This document shows, one piece after another, positions 30,916 to 40,197 of a DNA stretch of 64,000 bases. The notes beneath the pieces are model-generated. The model ran no database searches, had not been told where the DNA came from, and saw only the letters and a program-made list of their open reading frames with translations. Each line of letters starts with the position of its first letter. Position 1 is the stretch's first letter. This DNA is from an uncultured delta proteobacterium. GTDB taxonomy: Bacteria > Desulfobacterota > RBG-13-43-22. Location: NCBI GenBank assembly GCA_963790475.1, contig CAWBOS010000011.1, positions 32,001 through 96,000 of the forward strand. The letters are read 5' to 3'. The translations under genes and the position numbers were made by a program.

Positions 30916-31343
30916 GGTTCCCGATTATCGTTTATCGGCAAGGATGTTTCAAGGATAATTTGTAACATAGGAAAAAGAGGGCGTCGTCAAATTGACAAAT
31001 TATCCCATCTTGAGTGTACCCATTAAAAAACCCTCTGGCAACTCGGAAAGGTCTACGCTGTTGTAGTAAAAATAGAACACATCACGTAGTCCTGAAGATC
31101 TGACTCTAACCTGGCTTGACTTCCCGAATTTTTCCGGAGGTCTAAGCCAATTCCACTCTAAGTTTTTTCCCTAAGGCCGATGCCGCCCGTTCCAGTGTAG
31201 ATAAAGTAACAGATTGGAGTGTTGCCAATCGTTGCCGGGCTATAGTCAAATCGCCTGGCGATATTCTCTGTGATGTACCAAAAATGGTACGAAAGTCAAT
31301 AAAAAAATTCCTTTTTTATTAAGAGGATTTGATAATAGATTGC

Positions 31344-31520
31344 TTTCACCGCAGAGGCCCAGAGGAAGCACTGAAGAATATTTTTTGCTTTCCGTTGAGA
31401 GGATGGAAAGCAAAAAGAGCTTTTTTCATTTGCCTGTTTCTTGCCGGCAAATGAAAATTTTATCTCAGCGTTCGCGTCTCGAACGAGTCTCTCTTTTATC
31501 GGGAAGAGTAGGCGGTGAAA
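31344..31520. repeat. Uninterrupted relative of the IS110-targeted repeat family
   Basis: TTTCACCGCAGAG...two hairpins...GCGTCT...GGCGGTGAAA. Confidence 0.7.
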
Positions 31521-31574
31521 AAATGTTTCTGTGATATAACCTATTTTATGATGTCGTTATTAAGATCGACAGAA

Positions 31575-31705
31575 GATGAGTTCTCAAAAAGTCGTCTCCC
31601 CGGCGAAAGCCGGGGTCCAGGAGATTAAAACTACTTAAAATCACTGGATTTCGGCTTTCGCCGGAATGACTAATGCGGGTTTCGGTGACTTTTTGCGAGT
31701 TCATC
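31575..31705. repeat. REP-like repeat (GATGAGTT..CAAAAAGT ends)
   Basis: Terminal inverted repeats enclosing CCCCGGCGAAAGCCGGGG and a CTGGAT..GGAATGAC palindrome. Confidence 0.8.
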
Positions 31706-31894
31706 ACAGAAGAGAAATAACTTAAGTCAGAGAAATCTCTATTTTGGTTCGATTAACAAAGAAAAGGAATTCGCCGATGATTTTGAAGGCTGATGTCTAT
31801 GGAGGCCGGTCTTTCTTACCCAACCTTATCCATTGACATTACGGGGGACAGGAGATATTTTTTATCCATTACAACTATAAAAAAGGAAATTGAA

Positions 31895-32974
31895 ATGGAA
31901 CATGCCAAGCCCAGCGAGGTTTATCAAAAATTACGCGAAAAATTGGACCAATATTCCTGCGGCTTTCCGCTTACCGAATCGGGGGTGGAGTTCAAGATCC
32001 TGGAAAGGATTTTCACCGAAGAGGAAGCGGAGATGTTCCTTGGTTTGAATTTACAACTTGAGACAGCGGAAGAAATAGCCCGACGATTAGGAACCAAAAT
32101 TGATGTTGTGGGTCCTTTGCTGCAACAGATGAAGGAAAAGGGGAATGTTTTTTCCTGGCACAGGGGCGATACAGTCAAATTTGGGGCGGTTCCTTTTGTG
32201 TTGGGGCTCTATGAATTCCAGCTTAATAAAATGGACAAGGAATTCGCCGGACTGTGCGAGAAGTATTTTAAAGAGGTCTTTCTAAAAAGTATCGCTTCAG
32301 TCGACCCCCTGATGCGCGCCATCCCCATCAACCGTTCTCTGGAAGTCTCTCATCCTATTGCCACTTACGAAGATTCCCGGCGGGTTATCGAGAACAAGAA
32401 AATTATATCCCTGGCCAGATGTATCTGCCGGGTTCAGCAAGGACTAATTGACCAGGGTTGCGGCAAACCGGTTGAGGTCTGTCTGTCCTTCGGGGCATCG
32501 GCCCAGCATTATATTGATCAGGGGTTGGGACGCCAAATAACGGTAGAGGAGGCCCTAAAGGTCCTGGATGTGGCCGAAGAGGCCGGACTGGTGATTCAAA
32601 ATTCCAACTCTCAGAATCCAGGAGGGATGTGCTGTTGCTGCGGCGATTGTTGCGCCCTGCTTCGTGCCTTAAATCAGATGCCCCGTCCGGCGAAAGCGGT
32701 GGCCTCCAAATATTTCGCCGTCGCGGACACCGACCTTTGCACCGGATGTGAAATCTGTCTTGAGCGTTGTCAAATGGGGGCGATTTCCTTAACGGATGAA
32801 AGTCTGGCCAAGATCAACTTGGATCGGTGCATCGGCTGCGGCCTTTGTGTGACTCAATGTCCGGCCGGGGCTCTTGAGCTTGGAATCAAACCGGAATCCC
32901 AATGGATCGAGCCTCCGGAAAACGCTATGGCGGCCCTGACGATGCTGGCTCAGAAACGCGGGAAAGCGGCCTGA
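31895..32974 (+). CDS. 4Fe-4S dicluster domain protein
   Basis: CTGCEICLERC, CIGCGLCVTQCP, CCCCGDCC, CICR. Confidence 0.88.
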   Translation: MEHAKPSEVYQKLREKLDQYSCGFPLTESGVEFKILERIFTEEEAEMFLGLNLQLETAEEIARRLGTKIDVVGPLLQQMKEKGNVFSWHRGDTVKFGAVPFVLGLYEFQLNKMDKEFAGLCEKYFKEVFLKSIASVDPLMRAIPINRSLEVSHPIATYEDSRRVIENKKIISLARCICRVQQGLIDQGCGKPVEVCLSFGASAQHYIDQGLGRQITVEEALKVLDVAEEAGLVIQNSNSQNPGGMCCCCGDCCALLRALNQMPRPAKAVASKYFAVADTDLCTGCEICLERCQMGAISLTDESLAKINLDRCIGCGLCVTQCPAGALELGIKPESQWIEPPENAMAALTMLAQKRGKAA

Positions 32975-33000
32975 AGGCAGAGGAACGCAAGGATAAGGAA

Positions 33001-34002
33001 ATGGAATATCGTCCATTCGGCCAGACGGGTCTGAAAGTATCAGAACTGGTCTTCGGCGGTGGCGCCGTCGGGGGCCTCCTAATTAATCAGGATGAAACTA
33101 CCAGGCGGGTGGCTATCCGGCGGGCCATGGAAGCCGGAATCAATTGGATCGATACCGCCCCCTCTTATGGAATGGGCAAGTCTGAAGAAGCCTTGGGGTG
33201 GCTTCTTAAAGAGATCGACGATACCCCCTACCTCTCCACCAAGGTTACCATTGATACCCGAGACCTGAGTGATATCCCCGGGCAAGTTGAAAGGAGCCTA
33301 ACGGCCAGCCTGGAGCGCCTCAAACGCGATTCGGTTACCTTGCTTCAACTGCACAACCGGATCGGTTCTGTGACCAAGGGGTATACGATCGCCGCCTCCG
33401 ATATTTTACGGAATTACGGTGTCCTTGATGGTCTCCAAAGGATGAAGGAACAGGGGCTTACCCAATATTTCGGGATCACGGCCTTGGGTGAGACGCCGAG
33501 CATAATCCAAGTGATTGAGAGCGGTAGGATTGCTTCCGCTCAGGTCTATTATAATCTCCTCAACCCCAGTGCCGGCTTCCGCCTGCCCCGCGTCTGGGAG
33601 GCCTTTGATTTCTCCGGTATCCTCGATGCCTGTGAGAAGTTTGGTGTGGCCGCCATGGGGATACGGGTTTTTTCCGCGGGGGTCATCGCCACCGATGATA
33701 GAACCGGCCGCGAAAGGCCTCTTACCGAGGGAGACACGGTTGAAAGTGAAACAATGAAAGCCAGGGCGGTTTTTGAAGAAATCGGAACCGAGTATGGGAC
33801 CAGGGCCCAAACGGCCATACGCTTCGTCCTGGGCCAGAAGAAGCTCTCTTGTGTCATTTTCGGTCTGGCCCAACTGGACCATCTGCAAGAGGTGATCGCG
33901 GCCCAGATCAAAGGGCCCCTGCCCCAAAAGGGCATTGACCGTTTGATGGCGGTCTATGAAAAAGGGGGAGTCCGACGGCCTTCAGGAAAGGGATCGGATT
34001 AA
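33001..34002 (+). CDS. Aldo/keto reductase
   Basis: G.TGLKVS, DTAPSYG.G.SE, STK, LQLH. Confidence 0.9.
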   Translation: MEYRPFGQTGLKVSELVFGGGAVGGLLINQDETTRRVAIRRAMEAGINWIDTAPSYGMGKSEEALGWLLKEIDDTPYLSTKVTIDTRDLSDIPGQVERSLTASLERLKRDSVTLLQLHNRIGSVTKGYTIAASDILRNYGVLDGLQRMKEQGLTQYFGITALGETPSIIQVIESGRIASAQVYYNLLNPSAGFRLPRVWEAFDFSGILDACEKFGVAAMGIRVFSAGVIATDDRTGRERPLTEGDTVESETMKARAVFEEIGTEYGTRAQTAIRFVLGQKKLSCVIFGLAQLDHLQEVIAAQIKGPLPQKGIDRLMAVYEKGGVRRPSGKGSD

Positions 34003-34150
34003 TTTCCCCAAGCCCGCTCCCGAGTCGTGAGATAATTTTCAAGATCACCGGTTCTTTCGGTAGGGTAATACACGCGTTCGGGCAATGGGTTTGCCCCGCC
34101 GTTAATTTACGAAACAGACTCGATCCGGCGCTCACAAGGAAGGAAATGAT

Positions 34151-35728
34151 ATGAACATCCCGCTCACCCCGATACGATTCCTGGAAAGAACTCTGAAACT
34201 TCATGGGGGAAAAACCGGCGTCGTCTGCGGAGACAGCCGTTTCACGTACGCCGCATTTGGGGAACGGGTCCATCGGCTTGCCAACGGTCTGCGCGGTCTC
34301 GGCGTGCAAAAGGGAGACCGGATTTCATACCTGGGATACAACTGTCACCGGCTCCTGGAGGCCTTTTTCGGCATTCCGCAGATCGGCGCCATTCTCATGC
34401 CGCTCAATATCCGGCTGGCCCCTGACGACTTTGACTATATCATCAATGAATCCGAGCCCAGGATTCTGTTCCTGGACCGGGACTTCATCCCTCAGATCGA
34501 ATCGATACGAGGGCATATCCCTTCCGTGAAAAGATTCATTCTCCTGGGTGAGGGCGGCGACACTTGCAACTGGATCAGCGGCACGTACGACGAGATGCTG
34601 GAAGGGTCCTCCCCGAAACCGCCTTATTCTCCCGGGGCCTATCCCTTTGAAGAGGACGACACGGCGGAGATCTTCTATACCAGCGGGACCACTGGCCGGC
34701 CCAAGGGAGTCATGCTGACTCATCGCAACCTATACCTGCATGCCCTGTCACTCCTGGCCTCCTCCCCCATGGATGAGACCGACATCCAGATACATTTGAT
34801 CCCGCTTTTTCATGTCAACGGCTGGGGCACACCCCATTACCTGACGGCCAGGGGCGGGACCCATGTCATGCTCCAGAAATTCGACCCTTCCGAGACCTTG
34901 AAGATCATCCAAAGGGAGAGGGTGACGCGGTTCTACATCATCCCCACCATGGCCAACGCCATCCTGGGGGTGCCCGATCTTGAGAAATATGACCTATCCA
35001 GCATGAGAAGGATCCTTATCGGCGGTGCGCCGCCCCCCACCGGCATGATTGACCGGGTTGAGGAGGTCTTCGGCGCGCTCACTTCCACCGCCTTCGGCAT
35101 GACCGAGACCTGCCCTTTGATCGCTTGGCCCGAACTGAGTCCGTACCTGGATGAGGAGACACGAACCTTCCGTGCCAAGCGCACCTGGGGGTTTCCCATG
35201 GTGGGCGTGGAGTACCGGATCGTGGGCCCCAATGGAAACGACCTCCCCTGGGACGGCGTGTCAGTGGGCGAACTCCTGGTGCGCGGCGACATGGTCATGA
35301 AAGGGTATTACAAGAGCCCCAAGGAAACGGCTGAAACCCTTAAGGATGGCTGGTATCACAGCGGAGACCTGTGCGCCATGGGAGCTGATGGGTCTCTCTA
35401 TATAAAGGACCGGCAGAAAGACATTATCATCAGCGGGGGGGAAAATATCTCGTCCCTGGAAGTGGAGGCGGTTCTCTATTCCCACCCGGACATTCTGGAG
35501 TGCGCGGTTATCGCCAAACCGGACGAAAAGTGGGGGGAAATCCCTCTGGCCTTGGTGGTGCCCAAACCGGGATCCAAAATTTCGCCCGAGGAAGTGATCG
35601 AGTTCGCCAGAAAGAACCTGGCCCATTTCAAGGCCCCAAGAGAAGTGCGCCTGATCAGCGAGTTTCCCAGAGGGGGCACCGGAAAAATCCTCAAATCGGT
35701 GCTGCGAAAGAACCTGCAAACCGATTGA
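34151..35728 (+). CDS. Acyl-CoA synthetase (AMP-forming)
   Basis: YTSGTTGRPKG, FGMTET, GWYHSGD, SGGENISS.EVE, GKILK. Confidence 0.92.
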   Translation: MNIPLTPIRFLERTLKLHGGKTGVVCGDSRFTYAAFGERVHRLANGLRGLGVQKGDRISYLGYNCHRLLEAFFGIPQIGAILMPLNIRLAPDDFDYIINESEPRILFLDRDFIPQIESIRGHIPSVKRFILLGEGGDTCNWISGTYDEMLEGSSPKPPYSPGAYPFEEDDTAEIFYTSGTTGRPKGVMLTHRNLYLHALSLLASSPMDETDIQIHLIPLFHVNGWGTPHYLTARGGTHVMLQKFDPSETLKIIQRERVTRFYIIPTMANAILGVPDLEKYDLSSMRRILIGGAPPPTGMIDRVEEVFGALTSTAFGMTETCPLIAWPELSPYLDEETRTFRAKRTWGFPMVGVEYRIVGPNGNDLPWDGVSVGELLVRGDMVMKGYYKSPKETAETLKDGWYHSGDLCAMGADGSLYIKDRQKDIIISGGENISSLEVEAVLYSHPDILECAVIAKPDEKWGEIPLALVVPKPGSKISPEEVIEFARKNLAHFKAPREVRLISEFPRGGTGKILKSVLRKNLQTD

Positions 35729-35810
35729 CAACCTTTGAAATAAATTTTGTTATATAATAATTCAAACATTTTTGATTTGAATTCTCAAAAGGTTTGAAGC
35801 TGGATAAAAA

Positions 35811-36107
35811 ATGAGAACCAGGCCTTTGTTCAAGTGTGTTATTGGATTATATGGGCTGCCGCGCGAAATAGCAGGTGCGCCTGAGGTGGAGATAGAACTA
35901 GCGGATGGGGCGTGCCTGAGGGAGGTTGTTGCAACGCTTCGGCGTGAAATTCCTAAACTGGTCGGGCGGGTTATTCGTATCGAACAAGATAAGCTCACAA
36001 GTTATTACGCCTTTAATATCAATGGGCGCCTTTATAATGATGACAAGGAAATTCGAATCCGAAAAGGCGATAAAGTATCGCTGCTGGCCATCGTTTCCGG
36101 GGGATGA
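35811..36107 (+). CDS. MoaD/ThiS-family sulfur carrier
   Basis: Beta-grasp size with C-terminal VSGG. Confidence 0.8.
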   Translation: MRTRPLFKCVIGLYGLPREIAGAPEVEIELADGACLREVVATLRREIPKLVGRVIRIEQDKLTSYYAFNINGRLYNDDKEIRIRKGDKVSLLAIVSGG

Positions 36108-36266
36108 TTCCCATGGGTTTATGGGGACGCGTTATAATTGGATATGCCGTGCCTATTACCTCATGACCAACAGGGTTGGAGGTTATCACCATGATAAAAG
36201 ATCTGTTATTTTTTGATTAATTGTTTTAACATCAATGAAAATTTTTTAAGAAGAAAGGTCAGTTCA

Positions 36267-36563
36267 ATGCCGCCAGCCTGGTTCTCCGGTCTCCCAAAAA
36301 AATTAAAGGGGTTTCTTAAATTCATTCGGGAATTCCTTTACGGGTTGCTGATCCACGAAATGGACTTAGAAATGAAGAAGGAAAGAGGGCATTTGGACAA
36401 CCTTTTCATGGCAATCGTCTTTGGAGATCTGATAGGCATACCCCTCTTGCCGCCTTATTATTCGATGAGGCTTCTGCCCTATCTGGTTCCTTCCATAGAA
36501 ACATGGAAGCGAAGAATTCTCCGGGAAAAGGATCTGACGGATTTTGTGGCCGGGGACCTTTAG
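36267..36563 (+). CDS. Small CstA/ArsA-associated protein, paralog 2
   Basis: LF....GDL.GIP.LPPYYS.RLLPY.VP.I.TWKRR.LREKD, shared with 39810-40085. Confidence 0.8.
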   Translation: MPPAWFSGLPKKLKGFLKFIREFLYGLLIHEMDLEMKKERGHLDNLFMAIVFGDLIGIPLLPPYYSMRLLPYLVPSIETWKRRILREKDLTDFVAGDL

Positions 36564-36735
36564 GAGCAGGGAACCGATACTACTCCGGCAATTCGAAATC
36601 AAGATAGGCATCGATGATTGCAGAATCCTGCTTCCCCTTCGAGGATTCACCTTCCTTAACATCCCTGGTATTATTGAACACAATTAAAAAAGGGAAGACT
36701 CGCCAAGAGTGAGAGCAACCTAAGAGGCCCTGTTT

Positions 36736-37113
36736 TTATACCCGTGCTCTTTGTATATGTGCGTCGAGAATGTCGTAGAGCTTCTCCCGATCCCAACCGG
36801 CTAGGACATCCTCCCTGTTGACAATAAAGGCAGGATATTTACGGAAACGGTACCTGAGGGATTTGTAAATCCCCATAAGGGATTTGGCGTCGATAATTAT
36901 GATTCTGACGCGGTGCTTATAAAGGCGGGTAATTTCATGAATCCAATCAGAAAGCTGATGGAGTTCTTCTCGGAACTCTTTCGGATATTCAGCGAGGGCT
37001 TCATTATTCACCTTGCTTTCGAATCCGCTCTCGGTAAATATAGGTCTACATCGGTTACAGTAACTGAATACGGTGAGTAAATTTGTTACAACTTCTATAG
37101 AAATCGGCTTCAT
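36736..37113 (-). CDS. Hypothetical protein, CxxC, possibly thioredoxin-like
   Basis: Probable start MKPISIEVV at 37113; CNRC; YPAFIVN. Confidence 0.65.
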   Translation of the reverse strand: MKPISIEVVTNLLTVFSYCNRCRPIFTESGFESKVNNEALAEYPKEFREELHQLSDWIHEITRLYKHRVRIIIIDAKSLMGIYKSLRYRFRKYPAFIVNREDVLAGWDREKLYDILDAHIQRARV

Positions 37114-37709
37114 AACAATTCTAATATAATACCTGCATTCTTTTCTTTCAACCCCTATGCGCTTACAACCGCTGCACCACTGTCGCGCCCCCGTGAACTG
37201 CACCGCTATCTGAGACAGTAAGCTGTGCGATTTACAAATAAATCTAAAAAGTTGACTCATAAATTGTAATTCCAAGGACGTCCCGTTTCCTTCACCGCTG
37301 GTTCGGCGATGGGGATCGAAGAAATCGTACTCGGCTTTGAGCAAACCGGTCCTTGTCTTGATCTCCTCCCCCAACTCCAGTTGGGTATCGTTTTCCAGGG
37401 TGTATGCCGGCCAGGTGCGGGCTTTCGATAAAAGGGGGCGTTTGACCTGTCTTTTTAGGTCAAACCCCTGAATTCTCTGTTGGAGAGCACGGGGATGAAA
37501 GGGCTACCTACTCTATGAGGACTTGGTAAAATATGAAGCACGGGCATAAAAAAAACCACCTCCAGATATAAAGAAAAAAATCTTAGGCAGTTAGATTGAT
37601 TTTTAATGTCCCGTGCAGAAGCACGAGGTTATTTATTTTAATGGAACGAGAATCATAAAAGCAACAAGATAGGATAATAAATCGGGTAACGGCCCAACAA
37701 AAGAAAATC

Positions 37710-38690
37710 CTATACAAACATATGGTCGATCATCCGGTTCAACATAGGTGTTCCTCTAACCTCGGTTTCAAAGAGGGGTATGGTGGCCCTCACCTTGCCT
37801 CCAAAGATTTTCCAGATTTCTTCCATGTGCCCTTCCTGCATTTCAACCCGGTTACGCACGAATTCCGCTGAATCTATTCCCACCTGGTCTTTCTGGATGA
37901 TGCCGTTGACCAACACACCCCCTACAGGTATTCCGAATTCATAAAACCAATTGATGAAACGGGTGATAACCGCGATCGGAAGGGCCTCGGGCAGGGTGGC
38001 AAAAAAGAAGGCGGTCAGGCTTTCGTCGGTAAGGAGACTCTGGGCCTTAGCCATTCGGTCTTTAAAGCTTAAGAGATACTCCATCAGGGGGTCCTTCTCT
38101 TTTTTCTTGGAAAAGGAGAGGGCTTCTCTCAACGTTTTTGCCTCATCTCTGCTTTTCAGCATCTTCTCAACCCAGAGGGAATAGACCTTGGACATCCCTA
38201 ATAGACGCCTGGCGTTGGCCGTGGGGGCGGTGTCGAAAACATAAAATTCATATTCGTCTTTGAACATAAGGTCGGTCATGTTTTCAAACATGGCCGATTC
38301 TTCAAAGGCCGGGTTCATCGTGGCCGATTCCACAAAATCATCCGCCTTTGTGGAAAGATCTGCAAATCTCAAAAACCAATTGATCTTTTCACGGATCTCT
38401 TTCTTGGACCGCTCAATAGTATCGCGTGTGTCTATTTCAAAGGCATAACAGAATTTTTCATCACACACGGTGACCGCTTTTCCGAAGACGTCCTGTTCAA
38501 AGAGATTGGAGAGACTGTGAACGGGGTTGGTGGAGGTAAGCAGTGTTTTTCTTCCTTGTTTGGCTGACCAAAGGGCCGCAGCCCCGGCCATAACCGTTTT
38601 CCCCACCCCCCCTTTCCCGCCAAAAAAGATATATTTGAGATTAGGATGGTTTTTCATATATTGAGTCATGCTTAGGGTGATGTGATCCAT
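37710..38690 (-). CDS. ArsA/Get3-family ATPase (single domain), second copy
   Basis: GGKGGVGKT, STNPVHSL, DTAPTANA. Confidence 0.92.
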   Translation of the reverse strand: MDHITLSMTQYMKNHPNLKYIFFGGKGGVGKTVMAGAAALWSAKQGRKTLLTSTNPVHSLSNLFEQDVFGKAVTVCDEKFCYAFEIDTRDTIERSKKEIREKINWFLRFADLSTKADDFVESATMNPAFEESAMFENMTDLMFKDEYEFYVFDTAPTANARRLLGMSKVYSLWVEKMLKSRDEAKTLREALSFSKKKEKDPLMEYLLSFKDRMAKAQSLLTDESLTAFFFATLPEALPIAVITRFINWFYEFGIPVGGVLVNGIIQKDQVGIDSAEFVRNRVEMQEGHMEEIWKIFGGKVRATIPLFETEVRGTPMLNRMIDHMFV

Positions 38691-38725
38691 AGTGAAGCTC
38701 CTTGATGCTTCCTGTTGGAGATTTT

Positions 38726-39715
38726 TCAAAACATCCGTGCCGCCAGTTTTTCAATCATCTCCAGGCCCGTCACATCTCGTTCCATCTCGGGCACATAGGC
38801 CAGGATCTGATCTTTAAAGGTATCATTAATGACCTTCAAATATTTCTCCTGCATGACCAGACGATTTTTAAGGTACTCGGGAATCTGTTGACGGCTCAGC
38901 TCTTCCGGCAAAACCCGGTTGACGATATAACCGCTTAAAGGCACATCGAATTTAGCGAAAAGTCCGGCGGCCTTCAGGGTATCGTCAATCACCATTTCTT
39001 CGGCCGTTACCACGAAAAAAAAGGCGGTCTTTTCTTTATCGGTCAGTATACTGGAGGATTTGTTGATCCGATCCTTGATATAAAGCAGCTCATTTAAAAT
39101 GGCGTCTTCATCCAACTCTTTTTCGCGACGTATCACGGCTGCCGCCTGGTCATATTCCCGCATCTGCTGACGGAGATTGGTAATCTTATCGATCCATTCA
39201 TCATAGACGGAAGCCATGCTGAGATAATACAGGGCATGCCCCAAGGGCACAAGGTCATAAATGTAGTAGTCGTACCCGCCTTTGACCACGATATCGACAA
39301 CTTCATCGAAGATGGCGCTTTCTTCCATGGCCGGTTCGGCTGCGGCGGCCTGAATGTAACTTTCGATCTCTTCCGGGATCTGGTCCATTCCGTAGCGGTC
39401 GAGTATCTTCTGCCGGATTTCCTGCTGATACTCCTTGACCCGGCGGTCGGCATCGATCTCCTGGGCATAAAGATTGGGAATGATCTCCGTGGGACCTTTT
39501 CCAAAAATATCTTTTTTGAAGATATCGCTCAAGGATGCCTGCGGGTCAACGGAAAAAACCAGGACGCGCTTGCCTTGCTTGGCCAGATAATAGGCGGTTG
39601 CCGCCGAAAAAGTGGTCTTGCCGAGGCCGCCCTTCCCGCCGAACATGATGTAGCGTCTCTCCGGATATCGTTCAAATATTTTTGTTAGTGAAATGGTAAT
39701 CACCTCCCTATTCAT
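38726..39715 (-). CDS. ArsA/Get3-family ATPase (single domain), first copy
   Basis: GGKGGLGKTT, SVDPQASL, DLVPLGH. Confidence 0.92.
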   Translation of the reverse strand: MNREVITISLTKIFERYPERRYIMFGGKGGLGKTTFSAATAYYLAKQGKRVLVFSVDPQASLSDIFKKDIFGKGPTEIIPNLYAQEIDADRRVKEYQQEIRQKILDRYGMDQIPEEIESYIQAAAAEPAMEESAIFDEVVDIVVKGGYDYYIYDLVPLGHALYYLSMASVYDEWIDKITNLRQQMREYDQAAAVIRREKELDEDAILNELLYIKDRINKSSSILTDKEKTAFFFVVTAEEMVIDDTLKAAGLFAKFDVPLSGYIVNRVLPEELSRQQIPEYLKNRLVMQEKYLKVINDTFKDQILAYVPEMERDVTGLEMIEKLAARMF

Positions 39716-39809
39716 TTTTAGATTTCGGAGTTGGGAAGGGTGAGCTCGAAATACAGGTAATCATTCTTATTTTTTCTCTCAACCCCGAATTCCTCGCTCC
39801 GAACTTCGT

Positions 39810-40085
39810 TTAGGCCAAAGCGTCAGTAAAATCCTTTTCCCTCAGCATTCTCCTCTTCCAGGTGGAGATCTGGGGAACCACATAAGGCAGCAACCTAAGC
39901 GAGTAATAGGGGGGTAGGATAGGAACGCCGAGCATATCTCCCATGGTAATGAGGATAAAAAGGTGCTCCATGCTCGCTCGGGTCTTCATAGCAAACCGAG
40001 CTGAATCATGAGCGGCCACTCCATAAACAATTTCCTTAACCGCCTGTAGAAATCCCCCTTTTTTCTTTTTCTCCTCTTCGGTCAT
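39810..40085 (-). CDS. Small CstA/ArsA-associated protein, paralog 1
   Basis: HLFILITMGDMLGVPILPPYYSLRLLPY; lies between cstA and arsA. Confidence 0.82.
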   Translation of the reverse strand: MTEEEKKKKGGFLQAVKEIVYGVAAHDSARFAMKTRASMEHLFILITMGDMLGVPILPPYYSLRLLPYVVPQISTWKRRMLREKDFTDALA

Positions 40086-40197
40086 AAATACCCTTTCTTT
40101 AAATTTAATCACTTATCATTATAATCCCCCTACCCCTTTTACTATGGAGGGGTAGGGGTTCGCCTTACTCCTCGCAACTAACCTCTTTCAGAATAAA

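Noticed and set aside
31025-31270. Cobalamin or c-di-GMP riboswitch
   Set aside because: Only short fragments (CACTG, GGGAAG) resemble the consensus, and order and spacing do not fit.
37114-37374. N-terminal extension of ORF 36736-37374
   Set aside because: Looks like read-through of an unrelated gene fragment; the plausible start is the ATG at 37113.
37710-39715. Arsenic resistance operon
   Set aside because: No arsB/acr3, arsC, arsD or arsR; the context is cstA.
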